Positions 46,881 through 59,588 of a DNA stretch of 64,000 nucleotides are shown here, piece by piece. Each line of letters opens with the position of its first letter. Positions within the stretch are counted from its first letter, which is position 1. The position numbers were made by a program, and so were the translations under genes. Source of the stretch: Oceanispirochaeta sp. (GTDB taxonomy: Bacteria > Spirochaetota > Spirochaetia > DSM-2461); NCBI GenBank assembly GCA_963666275.2, contig CAXXOA010000002.1:1504001-1568000 (forward strand), read 5' to 3'. A model generated the notes under the pieces. It was not told where the DNA came from. It ran no database searches and was given only the letters and a program-made list of their open reading frames with translations.

Positions 46881-47564
46881 ATGGATCAGCGTAAAATCAT
46901 AGTCCCATTTATACAAAATCTGTCTCCCGAGCTTATGGATCAGGGAGAGTTCGAAAATTTCAGTGACTCTTTTGATCAGATCGGAAGACCTCTACAGGTT
47001 GATGTGGCTCCCTGGGCTGAGTACCCCTATCGGCCGGAGGTCTCCCTGCGGATCGCCGCTTCGGAGCACTACCTTCTTCTCCGCTTCCTTGTAAAGGAAA
47101 AAGAGATCCTCGGAAGATTTGAAAAGGACGGCCCCGCCGTAGAGCAGGATAGCTGTGTCCATTTTTATATGGCTCCCGAATCAGCCGATAGATATTACCA
47201 TTTCTCCTTCAACTGCCTGGGAGCCTGTTTTGCCGAATTCCGGGAACCCGGAGAGAAAACGCGGGATATTTCCGAATCCCTTTTAAAAGATATGTTCAGG
47301 ATCTCATCCCTGGGAGACCGGGGAGCTGTGCATCTGGAGGCTTCTGCCGGGGAACTCTCCTCCTGGAGTCTTATGGCCGCTCTTCCGGGGGATGTCTTTT
47401 TCAAGGAGGATATCGAGTCATTCCAGGGATTGAGGTTCAAAGGAAATTTCTGCAAAAGCGGAGAAGGTCTGAAGGATCCGCACTATCTGAGCTGGAACCG
47501 GATTGAAGCGGAGACGCCCGATTTCGACCGTCCCGAATATTTCGGTGAAATATGGATAGGCTAG
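46881..47564 (+). CDS. Carbohydrate-binding family 9-like protein
   Basis: YPYRPEV; QDSCVHF; FNCLG; GNFCKSG...PHYLSW...PDFDRPEYFG. Confidence 0.75.
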   Translation: MDQRKIIVPFIQNLSPELMDQGEFENFSDSFDQIGRPLQVDVAPWAEYPYRPEVSLRIAASEHYLLLRFLVKEKEILGRFEKDGPAVEQDSCVHFYMAPESADRYYHFSFNCLGACFAEFREPGEKTRDISESLLKDMFRISSLGDRGAVHLEASAGELSSWSLMAALPGDVFFKEDIESFQGLRFKGNFCKSGEGLKDPHYLSWNRIEAETPDFDRPEYFGEIWIG

Positions 47565-48026
47565 TTATTCCCTGTTTCTGGAATCCATTGTGATTGTAAC
47601 AGGGCCGTCATTGACAAGTGAGACTTCCATATGCGCTCCGAAGCGGCCCGTTCTGATTTTTCCCGGCATCAGGGTTTCCAGTTCATCCACCAGACTTTCA
47701 AAGAGGGGGATGGCTGTTTCCGGCGGGGCAGACTGGCTGAATGAGGGACGGCACCCTTTTTTTGTACTGGCAAAAAGAGTGAACTGGCTGACAAGGAGGA
47801 TCTCCCCGAGAACATCCTGAACGCTCAGATTCATTTTATCATCAGAGTCTGTGAATATTCTCATGCCGGTAATCTTACGGGCCAGCCACCGGATATCTTC
47901 TCCCGTATCTTCCGGGGAGACTCCGGCAAGGACCACCAGGCCCCTGCCGATTGTTCTGGTGACCGGTTCTTCTGTCCCCAAGATCTGAACGGAGGCTTTG
48001 CTGACTCTCTGAAGAACCACTCTCAT
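47565..48026 (-). CDS. dtd: D-aminoacyl-tRNA deacylase
   Basis: MRVVLQRV; VSQFTL; GRFGAHM; NDGPVT. Confidence 0.97.
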   Translation of the reverse strand: MRVVLQRVSKASVQILGTEEPVTRTIGRGLVVLAGVSPEDTGEDIRWLARKITGMRIFTDSDDKMNLSVQDVLGEILLVSQFTLFASTKKGCRPSFSQSAPPETAIPLFESLVDELETLMPGKIRTGRFGAHMEVSLVNDGPVTITMDSRNRE

Positions 48027-48036
48027 CCTAATCCCC

Positions 48037-48411
48037 TTACTTTAAAGCAATGGCTTCTATTTCAATCTCTCCGTCCAGGGGGAGACGGGCCACTTCCACC
48101 AGTGATCTTGCAGGTTTGTGATCTGTAAAGAACGAAGCATAGATTTCATTGATTTTTCCGAAATTGCCTATGTCTTTGACAAATACAGTCACTTTGACGA
48201 CTTTTTCCAGGGAACTACCCGCAGCTTCCAGAATTGCTTTGACATTATTCAATGCCTGTTCGGCCTGATCCTGAATGTCTCCTTTCAGAATTTCACCGGT
48301 TTCCGGGTTTATCGGGAGCTGTCCCGATGTAAAAATCATACTGCCCGTATCGATCGCCTGTGAGTAGGGGCCTACTGCTGACGGTGCATTCTCTGTCTTG
48401 ACAGGTTTCAT
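48037..48411 (-). CDS. ridA: RidA / YjgF-family enamine deaminase
   Basis: [35 protein letters not shown]; start set at MKPVK after SD AAGGAAGG. Confidence 0.93.
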   Translation of the reverse strand: MKPVKTENAPSAVGPYSQAIDTGSMIFTSGQLPINPETGEILKGDIQDQAEQALNNVKAILEAAGSSLEKVVKVTVFVKDIGNFGKINEIYASFFTDHKPARSLVEVARLPLDGEIEIEAIALK

Positions 48412-48522
48412 AATCCCTTCCTTGTGATATGAATTTATTGGCGGACAATCTACCATTTCTATACTAAAAAAGCAAATCCCTCGATTGACACTTCCTGATT
48501 ATCCGGTGAATAATTATAACAC

Positions 48523-50148
48523 ATGAAGAAGTATATATTTGTCACTGGCGGAGTTTGTTCAAGTCTGGGAAAAGGCCTTGCCTCCGCATCCCTCGGAACC
48601 CTTTTGGAAAGCCGGGGATTATCGGTCTGTATGATAAAGATCGATCCATACATCAATGTCGATGCCGGAACTATGAGCCCCTATCAGCATGGGGAGGTTT
48701 ATGTAACCGATGACGGTGCAGAAACAGACCTTGACCTGGGGAATTATGCCAGGTTTACCAATTCTCCTTTAAGCGCAGCCAACTCAATCACCACCGGACA
48801 GATCTATGATGCGGTTATCCGGAAGGAACGGGAAGGGAAATTCCTGGGGAAATGCGTTCAGGTTGTTCCGCATATAACGGATGAGATTAAAAGAAGAATC
48901 CTCACTCTAGGGGAAAAACCGGGAATAGACGTCACAATCGTGGAAATCGGCGGGACTGTAGGGGATATTGAATCTATTCCCTATCTGGAAGCGGTTAGGC
49001 AGATCATTCACGAAAAAGGTCATGATAATGCACTGTCCGTCCATCTGACCCTGGTGCCCACGGTAACCGGCGGGGAAGTGAAAACCAAACCTACCCAGCA
49101 TTCTGTTAAAGACATGAGAGAGATAGGTATTCAGCCCGATGTCCTTCTCTGCCGTTGTCAGGAAGAACTTCCGGATGAGCTGAAAAGGAAAATATCCCTA
49201 TTTACCAATATAGATCACGACTGTGTTCTTTCTGCCCATGATGTGGCCACAACCATTTATGAGATTCCTGTTGTCTATCAGCAGCAGGGTATGGATGAAG
49301 TGGTCTGCCGGAAACTGAAGATGCGGAGCAAGAAGTCCAGAATCACAGCCTGGAGTCGACTCTCCGAGATTCATAAAACAGCAGAAACAGCCGTTAAAAT
49401 TGCCATGGTCGGTAAATACATAGAGCTGGGAGATGCCTATAAATCTGTCGATGAAGCTCTGGTTCACGGAGCCCTGGCAAATAAAGTCCGTCTGGAACTT
49501 GATAAAGTTGATTCCGAGTTGATTGAAAAGAAAGTCGCTGCCGGGGAAGATCTCTCAGAGGTTTTCTCTCAGTACGACGGAATCCTGATTCCCGGCGGTT
49601 TCGGTTCCAGAGGTATTATGGGTATGGTTCAGACCGCTCAATATGCCAGGGAGAACAACGTGCCCTGTTTCGGCATCTGTCTGGGACTTCAGATCATGGT
49701 TATAGAATACAGCAGGAATGTTCTGGGTATCGACGATGCGGACAGTTCGGAATTCCGTCCTGAAGGCGACAATTCTGTTATATCCCTTCTGGAGGAGCAG
49801 GTCGATGTGACTGCCTACGGGGGAACTATGCGGCTCGGCCTCAGTGAATCTCTAGTAAAAGAGGGAACCAATATCTACAAAGCCTACGGGGATACCTCTA
49901 TCTTTGAAAGGCATCGTCATCGGTACGAAGTGGCCAACAGCTACAGAGACCGTCTTATAGAAGCAGGGCTGATCATTTCAGGTACAACCACAGATCTCTC
50001 TCTTGTAGAGTCTGTTGAGTGGCCCGGACATCCCTGGAGCGTGGGTGTTCAGTTCCATCCTGAATTCTGTTCATCCCCGGTAAAACCCGGCCCGCTGTTT
50101 AAAGACTTTATTTATAACAGTCTGAAAAACAGCAATAAGATTTCATAG
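48523..50148 (+). CDS. pyrG: CTP synthase
   Basis: KYIFVTGGVCSSLGKG; KTKPTQHSV; GICLG; QFHPE. Confidence 0.99.
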   Translation: MKKYIFVTGGVCSSLGKGLASASLGTLLESRGLSVCMIKIDPYINVDAGTMSPYQHGEVYVTDDGAETDLDLGNYARFTNSPLSAANSITTGQIYDAVIRKEREGKFLGKCVQVVPHITDEIKRRILTLGEKPGIDVTIVEIGGTVGDIESIPYLEAVRQIIHEKGHDNALSVHLTLVPTVTGGEVKTKPTQHSVKDMREIGIQPDVLLCRCQEELPDELKRKISLFTNIDHDCVLSAHDVATTIYEIPVVYQQQGMDEVVCRKLKMRSKKSRITAWSRLSEIHKTAETAVKIAMVGKYIELGDAYKSVDEALVHGALANKVRLELDKVDSELIEKKVAAGEDLSEVFSQYDGILIPGGFGSRGIMGMVQTAQYARENNVPCFGICLGLQIMVIEYSRNVLGIDDADSSEFRPEGDNSVISLLEEQVDVTAYGGTMRLGLSESLVKEGTNIYKAYGDTSIFERHRHRYEVANSYRDRLIEAGLIISGTTTDLSLVESVEWPGHPWSVGVQFHPEFCSSPVKPGPLFKDFIYNSLKNSNKIS

Positions 50149-50170
50149 ACAGAATTAAAATGATTTTTTG

Positions 50171-50202
50171 AAGGTTGCAGAGGAATCTGCAACCTTTTTT
50201 TT
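50171..50202 (+). terminator. Intrinsic terminator after pyrG
   Basis: AAGGTTGCAG-AGGAAT-CTGCAACCTT then T-tract. Confidence 0.85.
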
Positions 50203-50278
50203 CTTGATCTTCCTATAGGTAAAATTCAGCAATGTAAAGCTTTATTCTGATCCTGTTTTGTTGAGATCGAATCAGAGC

Positions 50279-50394
50279 AAAAAAAAAATAAAAAAAATAA
50301 TAAGTTCTGTTGACAAGAAAAGGGAATAAGCGTTATATTCACGGAGCGTTCGGGCAGTACAGCAGCGGACGCACAGAACTAAATGTTCTTTTAC
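50279..50394 (+). promoter_or_regulatory. rRNA operon promoter with A-tract UP element and boxA
   Basis: A-tracts 50279-50300; TTGACA 50310-50315; TATATT 50334-50339; boxA-like TGTTCTTTTACA near 50384. Confidence 0.75.
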
Positions 50395-50640
50395 AAAGGA
50401 ATTAGAGAAGGGAAATTGAAGTATTTGACGAAAGTCAAGCACTTGGTAGTATGCGCAGAATAATCTGTTTTGAACAGAAAGTTCTGCCCCATAGGATGTG
50501 GTAACACATCCATTACGTTAGTTTTCTTTTAGAGATAAAGGGAATCTGACTCACTTTGAAACGGATCAGGATGATTACATTCGACAGTATCTGTTTTGAA
50601 GCTTTGATACGAACTTATCCACTTCGGTGGATAAATTATA

Positions 50641-52181
<1,541 letters not shown>

Positions 52182-52347
52182 AGCGTGAAAGGTATAAAGA
52201 CCTTGAGTTTGTACACTCAAAGGCAGTGAGTCACTGAGCAATCGGTGCACTACCAGTTTTACGTTACCAGGTCTTCGGATTCTGGAGCGTAAAAAAGCTT
52301 GGCTTTCGTCAACTACTTCTAATTTCCCGATCAGATTCTTTTAACCA

Positions 52348-52421
52348 GGGGGTATAGCTCAGCTGGCTAGAGCACTAGATTTGCATTCTAGGGGTCTGGG
52401 GTTCGAATCCCCATACCTCCA
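52348..52421 (+). tRNA. tRNA-Ala(TGC), CCA not encoded
   Basis: Acceptor GGGGGTA/TACCTCC with G3:U70; anticodon arm CTAGA-TTTGCAT-TCTAG; GGTTCGAATCC T-arm. Confidence 0.97.
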
Positions 52422-52539
52422 TAGCCTGGTTAATTTGTTTGTTTTAATATTTTTTTTCAGGCGGAACTGAAATGCTTTTTTCAATAAGGTGTTTCGGGGA
52501 TCTTTTAAATAGGTAATAGCGAAGGGATAAATAATAATA

Positions 52540-55474
<2,935 letters not shown>

Positions 55475-55582
55475 TATTATTATTTATCTCTTCATTTATA
55501 TAAAATGCAATCGCTTTGTAAGCTACGAGTTTATGAAAGATGAATGCTTCTTATCAGGGCTTTGGCCTTGGTGAGATTATTA

Positions 55583-55690
55583 TCTGGTGGCTATTGCGTT
55601 GAGGTTATACCCGTTCCCATCCCGAACACGGAAGTCAAGCTCAACTGCGCCGATGGTACTGCTACGGTGGGAGAGTAGGTCGTCGCCAGT
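55583..55690 (+). rRNA. rrf: 5S rRNA
   Basis: CTGGTGGC/GTCGCCAG helix I; CCCGTTCCCATCCCGAACACGGAAGTCAAG; GATGGTACT...GGGAGAGTAGG. Confidence 0.97.
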
Positions 55691-55696
55691 TTATTT

Positions 55697-55730
55697 AACC
55701 CCCAGTCTACGGACTGGGGGTTTTTCTTTT
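55697..55730 (+). terminator. rRNA operon terminator
   Basis: AACCCCCAGTC-TACG-GACTGGGGGTT then TTTCTTTT. Confidence 0.9.
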
Positions 55731-55770
55731 ATAACACTGGACTTATCGGGGCGGAAGTTATGAAGAAAAT

Positions 55771-55784
55771 GTAACCTATGTTAC
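55771..55784. promoter_or_regulatory. Palindrome GTAAC-N4-GTTAC, candidate Crp/Fnr-family site
   Basis: Perfect 5-bp inverted repeat upstream of the Rrf2 operon promoter. Confidence 0.4.
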
Positions 55785-55833
55785 CGAATCTTCCTCTTTA
55801 AGCTCTATATCAGGGAATCTCATTTGAAATAAA

Positions 55834-55868
55834 TTGACAGTATATCTTTAAATAGGTATTGTGGTACC
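55834..55868 (+). promoter_or_regulatory. sigma70 promoter of the Rrf2 operon with overlapping GGTA-N6-TACC inverted repeat
   Basis: TTGACA-17 nt-TATTGT; GGTA 55855-55858 / TACC 55865-55868; SD AAGGAG downstream. Confidence 0.7.
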
Positions 55869-55886
55869 GAAATAAGGAGAGATTCA

Positions 55887-56324
55887 GTGATGAATAGTCT
55901 TTTAAATATATCTGAGGGAACATCCCTGGCTTTTCATGGTCTGGCCATGATGGCTGAAAAATCACCGGAACGGTTGAATGTCAAAGTTCTGGCGAAAGCT
56001 CTGGACGCTTCAGAAGCGCACCTTGCCAAGGTTATGCAGCGCCTGAATAAAGCGGGAATGATTTCTTCTGTCAGAGGGCCATCAGGAGGGTTCATTCTCA
56101 ATAAAGCCCCTCAGGAGATCGACTTCCTGCAGATCTATGAGATCATTGAGTCTTCTGTGAATCTAGCCGGATGTCCCCTTGGAAAGGCTACCTGTTCTCA
56201 GAAGAGATGTATTTTCGATGGAACAATGCAGAATCTGAATAAACAGATCTACTCAGCTTTAAAGCAGATCAGGCTGTCAGATTTCGCCCGGGATAATAAG
56301 AGTGAAGAAAGAGGTAGAATATGA
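55887..56324 (+). CDS. Rrf2-family transcriptional regulator with three Cys (probably Fe-S binding)
   Basis: ASEAHLAKVMQRL...SVRGPSGGF winged HTH; CPLGKATCSQKRC. Confidence 0.93.
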   Translation: MMNSLLNISEGTSLAFHGLAMMAEKSPERLNVKVLAKALDASEAHLAKVMQRLNKAGMISSVRGPSGGFILNKAPQEIDFLQIYEIIESSVNLAGCPLGKATCSQKRCIFDGTMQNLNKQIYSALKQIRLSDFARDNKSEERGRI

Positions 56325-57550
56325 AATATTTTAAAGTGGATGATACACTACTCAGTATAGTTGAAACTTTCCCTGAAACAGTTCCTGTATTTGTTTCCAA
56401 CGGATTTCCTCAGATGGATCAGGTGGAAAAAAGAGCCAAGTTTGCCGGTACAATCACACTGCAGAATGCTCTTCTACTGAAGCAGCTGGATGCGGATATA
56501 TTTGTAAAACTCCTTGAAGAGGCCATTGATCAGAAAAGGACAACCGGAGTGGATGCAACACTGCAGAGCCTGGAAAAAGTTCAGGATGAAGAGACTCTGA
56601 ATATTGTAGGCCTTTTACCCTGTCCTGTACGTTTACCCCTTCTGGAGGAGTTCAATACTTTTCATGACCAGTATAAGAGGACAGGCGGAGTTCATATAAA
56701 TCATGAACTGAAAGCGGCATCCATGGGTCTGGAATGGGTGGAAGAAAATATAGACGGTATTGAGAATGCGGAAAACCTGCCGGATCTTTTTCTTTCCGCC
56801 GGATTTGATATGTTCTTTGATGAAAAAAAAATAGGCAAGTTTAAAAAACAGGGTGTTTTTGAAGATACCACAAACCTGCCCTGTTTTAATGAAGAGTTTG
56901 AAAATATCCAGTTGAAGGATCCGGCAGGACACTACGGCATGATTGGAGTTGTTCCTGCGGTCTTCCTGATCAATCTGGATGAACTGGGAGAGCGGCAGCA
57001 GCCTGTGAGCTGGGCAGACATCCTCAAGCCCGAATTTGAACGACGTGTTTCACTGCCGGTTGGAGATTTTGATCTGTTCAACGGCATCCTGTTGAATATT
57101 CATAAACACTATGGTGATGATGGGCTTAGAAAACTGGGCAGGAGCCTTATGGAATCCATGCACCCCTCGCAGATGGTAAAGAGCCACACAAGGAAAGAGG
57201 AAAAACCGATTGTTACAATCATGCCCTATTTTTTTACCAAAATGGTGAGAGAAGGCAGCGGTATGGCCGCTGTCTGGCCAGAGGACGGAGCCATCATAAG
57301 TCCTATTTTTATGCTCTCCAAAAAGGATAAGCTGGAGAAACTGCAGCCTGTTATAGACTTTTTTGCCTCCCGGGAGGTGGGAGAAGTCCTTTCCCATAAG
57401 GGGCTGTTTCCCAGTGTTCATCCATCCGTGGATAATCATATCGACAGAGAAAAGAAATATATGTGGCTGGGGTGGGACTATATTTATTCCCATGATATAG
57501 CGGGACTGATAAAGCATTGTGAAAAAACATTCCACCAGGAGGTCGCATGA
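56321..57550 (+). CDS. ABC-type solute-binding-fold protein, no signal peptide, N-terminal DUF1858-like domain
   Basis: N-terminus TLLSIVETFPETVPVFVSNGF; PVSWADILKPEF and VWPEDGAIISP typical of Fe/polyamine-type SBPs; LLPCPVR. Confidence 0.75.
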   Translation: MKYFKVDDTLLSIVETFPETVPVFVSNGFPQMDQVEKRAKFAGTITLQNALLLKQLDADIFVKLLEEAIDQKRTTGVDATLQSLEKVQDEETLNIVGLLPCPVRLPLLEEFNTFHDQYKRTGGVHINHELKAASMGLEWVEENIDGIENAENLPDLFLSAGFDMFFDEKKIGKFKKQGVFEDTTNLPCFNEEFENIQLKDPAGHYGMIGVVPAVFLINLDELGERQQPVSWADILKPEFERRVSLPVGDFDLFNGILLNIHKHYGDDGLRKLGRSLMESMHPSQMVKSHTRKEEKPIVTIMPYFFTKMVREGSGMAAVWPEDGAIISPIFMLSKKDKLEKLQPVIDFFASREVGEVLSHKGLFPSVHPSVDNHIDREKKYMWLGWDYIYSHDIAGLIKHCEKTFHQEVA

Positions 57551-58266
57551 ATCTTGTAACTGTTTCCGGGCCCCCGTCCAGCGGGAAAACTTCTGTTATT
57601 CTCAAGACAATAGAAGCTCTTCAAAAAAGAAAATTGAAGGTAGGGGTTGCCAAATTCGACTGCCTCTATACGGACGATGATGTGCTCTATGAAAAAGCGG
57701 GCATCCCTGTTAAAAAGGGACTTTCCGGTGCCCTCTGTCCGGATCACTACTTTGTCAGCAATGTGGAAGAGGTCACCCAGTGGGGCATCCGGGAAGGATT
57801 TGATGTTCTTATCAGCGAATCCGCCGGACTCTGCAACCGCTGCTCCCCTTACATCAGGGATATTAAAGCGGTCTGTGTTATTGATAACCTGAGCGGTATC
57901 AATACACCGAAGAAGATCGGACCTATGCTCAAATCAGCGGATATCGTAGTGATTACCAAAGGAGATATTGTTTCACAGGCGGAAAGGGAAGTTTTTGCCA
58001 GCAGAGTGAATATGGTGAACCCTTCGGCTGTTATTATGAATATAAACGGTCTGACCGGGCAGGGCAGTTTTGAACTGAGTACTCTCCTTTTTGATGAGAA
58101 AAGGGACATTGAGACTCTTGTGGGAAAAAAACTCAGATTTTCCATGCCGTCTGCCCTGTGCTCCTACTGTCTGGGAGAAACCAGGATCGGAGAATCCTAT
58201 CAGATGGGGAATGTCAGAAAAATGGATCTTGAATCTGGAGGAACATCTCCGGGAGGTGCTTCGTGA
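57547..58266 (+). CDS. HypB/UreG-like (G3E) GTPase, Cys-rich
   Basis: GPPSSGKT; KFDC; LCPDH; ESAGLCNRC; TKGD; C-terminal CSYC. Confidence 0.85.
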   Translation: MNLVTVSGPPSSGKTSVILKTIEALQKRKLKVGVAKFDCLYTDDDVLYEKAGIPVKKGLSGALCPDHYFVSNVEEVTQWGIREGFDVLISESAGLCNRCSPYIRDIKAVCVIDNLSGINTPKKIGPMLKSADIVVITKGDIVSQAEREVFASRVNMVNPSAVIMNINGLTGQGSFELSTLLFDEKRDIETLVGKKLRFSMPSALCSYCLGETRIGESYQMGNVRKMDLESGGTSPGGAS

Positions 58267-59276
58267 TATCTCTTGAAAAACTGGAAGAAAGATCCCTGAA
58301 TGAGATTTTTAAAGATTACCCCTTTGTGGATGCTTTTTTAAAAAACAACGGGCTGGAAATTGCGGGCAAAGAGCATCTTTCCCTCCGGCAGATCCTGTCG
58401 GATATGGATGAGCAGGATCGGGAGGACAAGGCTCTGGATCCCGGGCACCTGACAGAGCAGATGCACGAATATATACAACAGATGCTTTCATTTCTGGGGG
58501 AGGACTCGGGGGTCCACTCCCTGACGATCCTGCCGGGTACAGACAAATCGGGAAATCCCGAGGGATTTTCTGAACTTGTTATCCGGAAAAGTGAGGTGAT
58601 TTCCATTGTAGGGCCAACAGGCTCGGGAAAGAGCCGTCTCCTGGGGGATATTGAGTGGGTTGCACAGAAAGATACTCCCACTTCCCGTCAGATTCTTATT
58701 AATGATGATCTGCCAGATACTTCCTGGCGGTTTTCATCCGCCAAAAAACTGGTGGCCCAGCTTTCCCAGAATATGAACTTTGTCATGGATCTGACTGTTG
58801 CCGAGTTTGTGAACCTTCATGCGGAAAGCCGTATGGTGGAGAACCGGGACGTTGTGGTTGAACGGATTATTGAAGAAGCCAACCGCCTGGCGGGAGAACC
58901 TTTCAGACCGCAGACCCCAATCACAAGTCTTTCAGGGGGACAATCCCGGGCTCTTATGATTGCGGATACAGCTATATTAAGCAAATCCCCCATTATACTG
59001 ATCGATGAGATTGAGAATGCCGGGATTGACAGGAAAAAGGCTCTGGAACTGCTTCTCACAGAAGAAAAAATTGTTCTTATGGCTACCCATGATCCTGTCC
59101 TGGCTCTCATGGGAGACAGAAGGATTGTCATTAAGAACGGCGGTATTTCAAAAGTCATTGAAACCACCGAAGAAGAGCGCAGTATTCTGGGACAACTGGA
59201 AGAACTGGATAAAACCCTGTTGAGTTACAGGACCCGTCTGCGAAGCGGGGAAAGTTTAGTTGATAAAGAAAAATAA
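58263..59276 (+). CDS. ABC-type ATPase with N-terminal helical (DUF1858-like) extension
   Basis: GPTGSGKS; LSQ; LSGGQ; ILIDE; ATHD; no TM segment. Confidence 0.88.
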   Translation: MISLEKLEERSLNEIFKDYPFVDAFLKNNGLEIAGKEHLSLRQILSDMDEQDREDKALDPGHLTEQMHEYIQQMLSFLGEDSGVHSLTILPGTDKSGNPEGFSELVIRKSEVISIVGPTGSGKSRLLGDIEWVAQKDTPTSRQILINDDLPDTSWRFSSAKKLVAQLSQNMNFVMDLTVAEFVNLHAESRMVENRDVVVERIIEEANRLAGEPFRPQTPITSLSGGQSRALMIADTAILSKSPIILIDEIENAGIDRKKALELLLTEEKIVLMATHDPVLALMGDRRIVIKNGGISKVIETTEEERSILGQLEELDKTLLSYRTRLRSGESLVDKEK

Positions 59277-59294
59277 TCGAGGAGAAATTGAGAT

Positions 59295-59537
59295 ATGCAT
59301 GATGGTTGTTCAGGTAGTTTTGAAAACGGAAAACAGGTCGTAGATAAAGTAAGGATGATGGGATTTTCCGGTCAGTATATGCCCATGCCCATGCAGGTTC
59401 CCTGTGGAAACTGCGGGGTTTCCTTTGAGATGGAAACCTTTGAAGCCCGGTGCCCTGACTGCGGGTCTGTTCATGCGGTGACTCCCTGTCATGCCTTTGA
59501 CCCGGCTAATGTCCTGAATGCCGGTGTGGGGTACTGA
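59295..59537 (+). CDS. Small Cys/His-rich metal-binding protein (Zn ribbon, HypA-reminiscent)
   Basis: SD GAGGAG; MHDGC N-terminus; CGNC-x12-CPDC; TPCH. Confidence 0.85.
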   Translation: MHDGCSGSFENGKQVVDKVRMMGFSGQYMPMPMQVPCGNCGVSFEMETFEARCPDCGSVHAVTPCHAFDPANVLNAGVGY

Positions 59538-59588
59538 ATTCGGTATATTTATTTGCCGGGAGCCAGTAATTCTTAGTATATTTAACAT

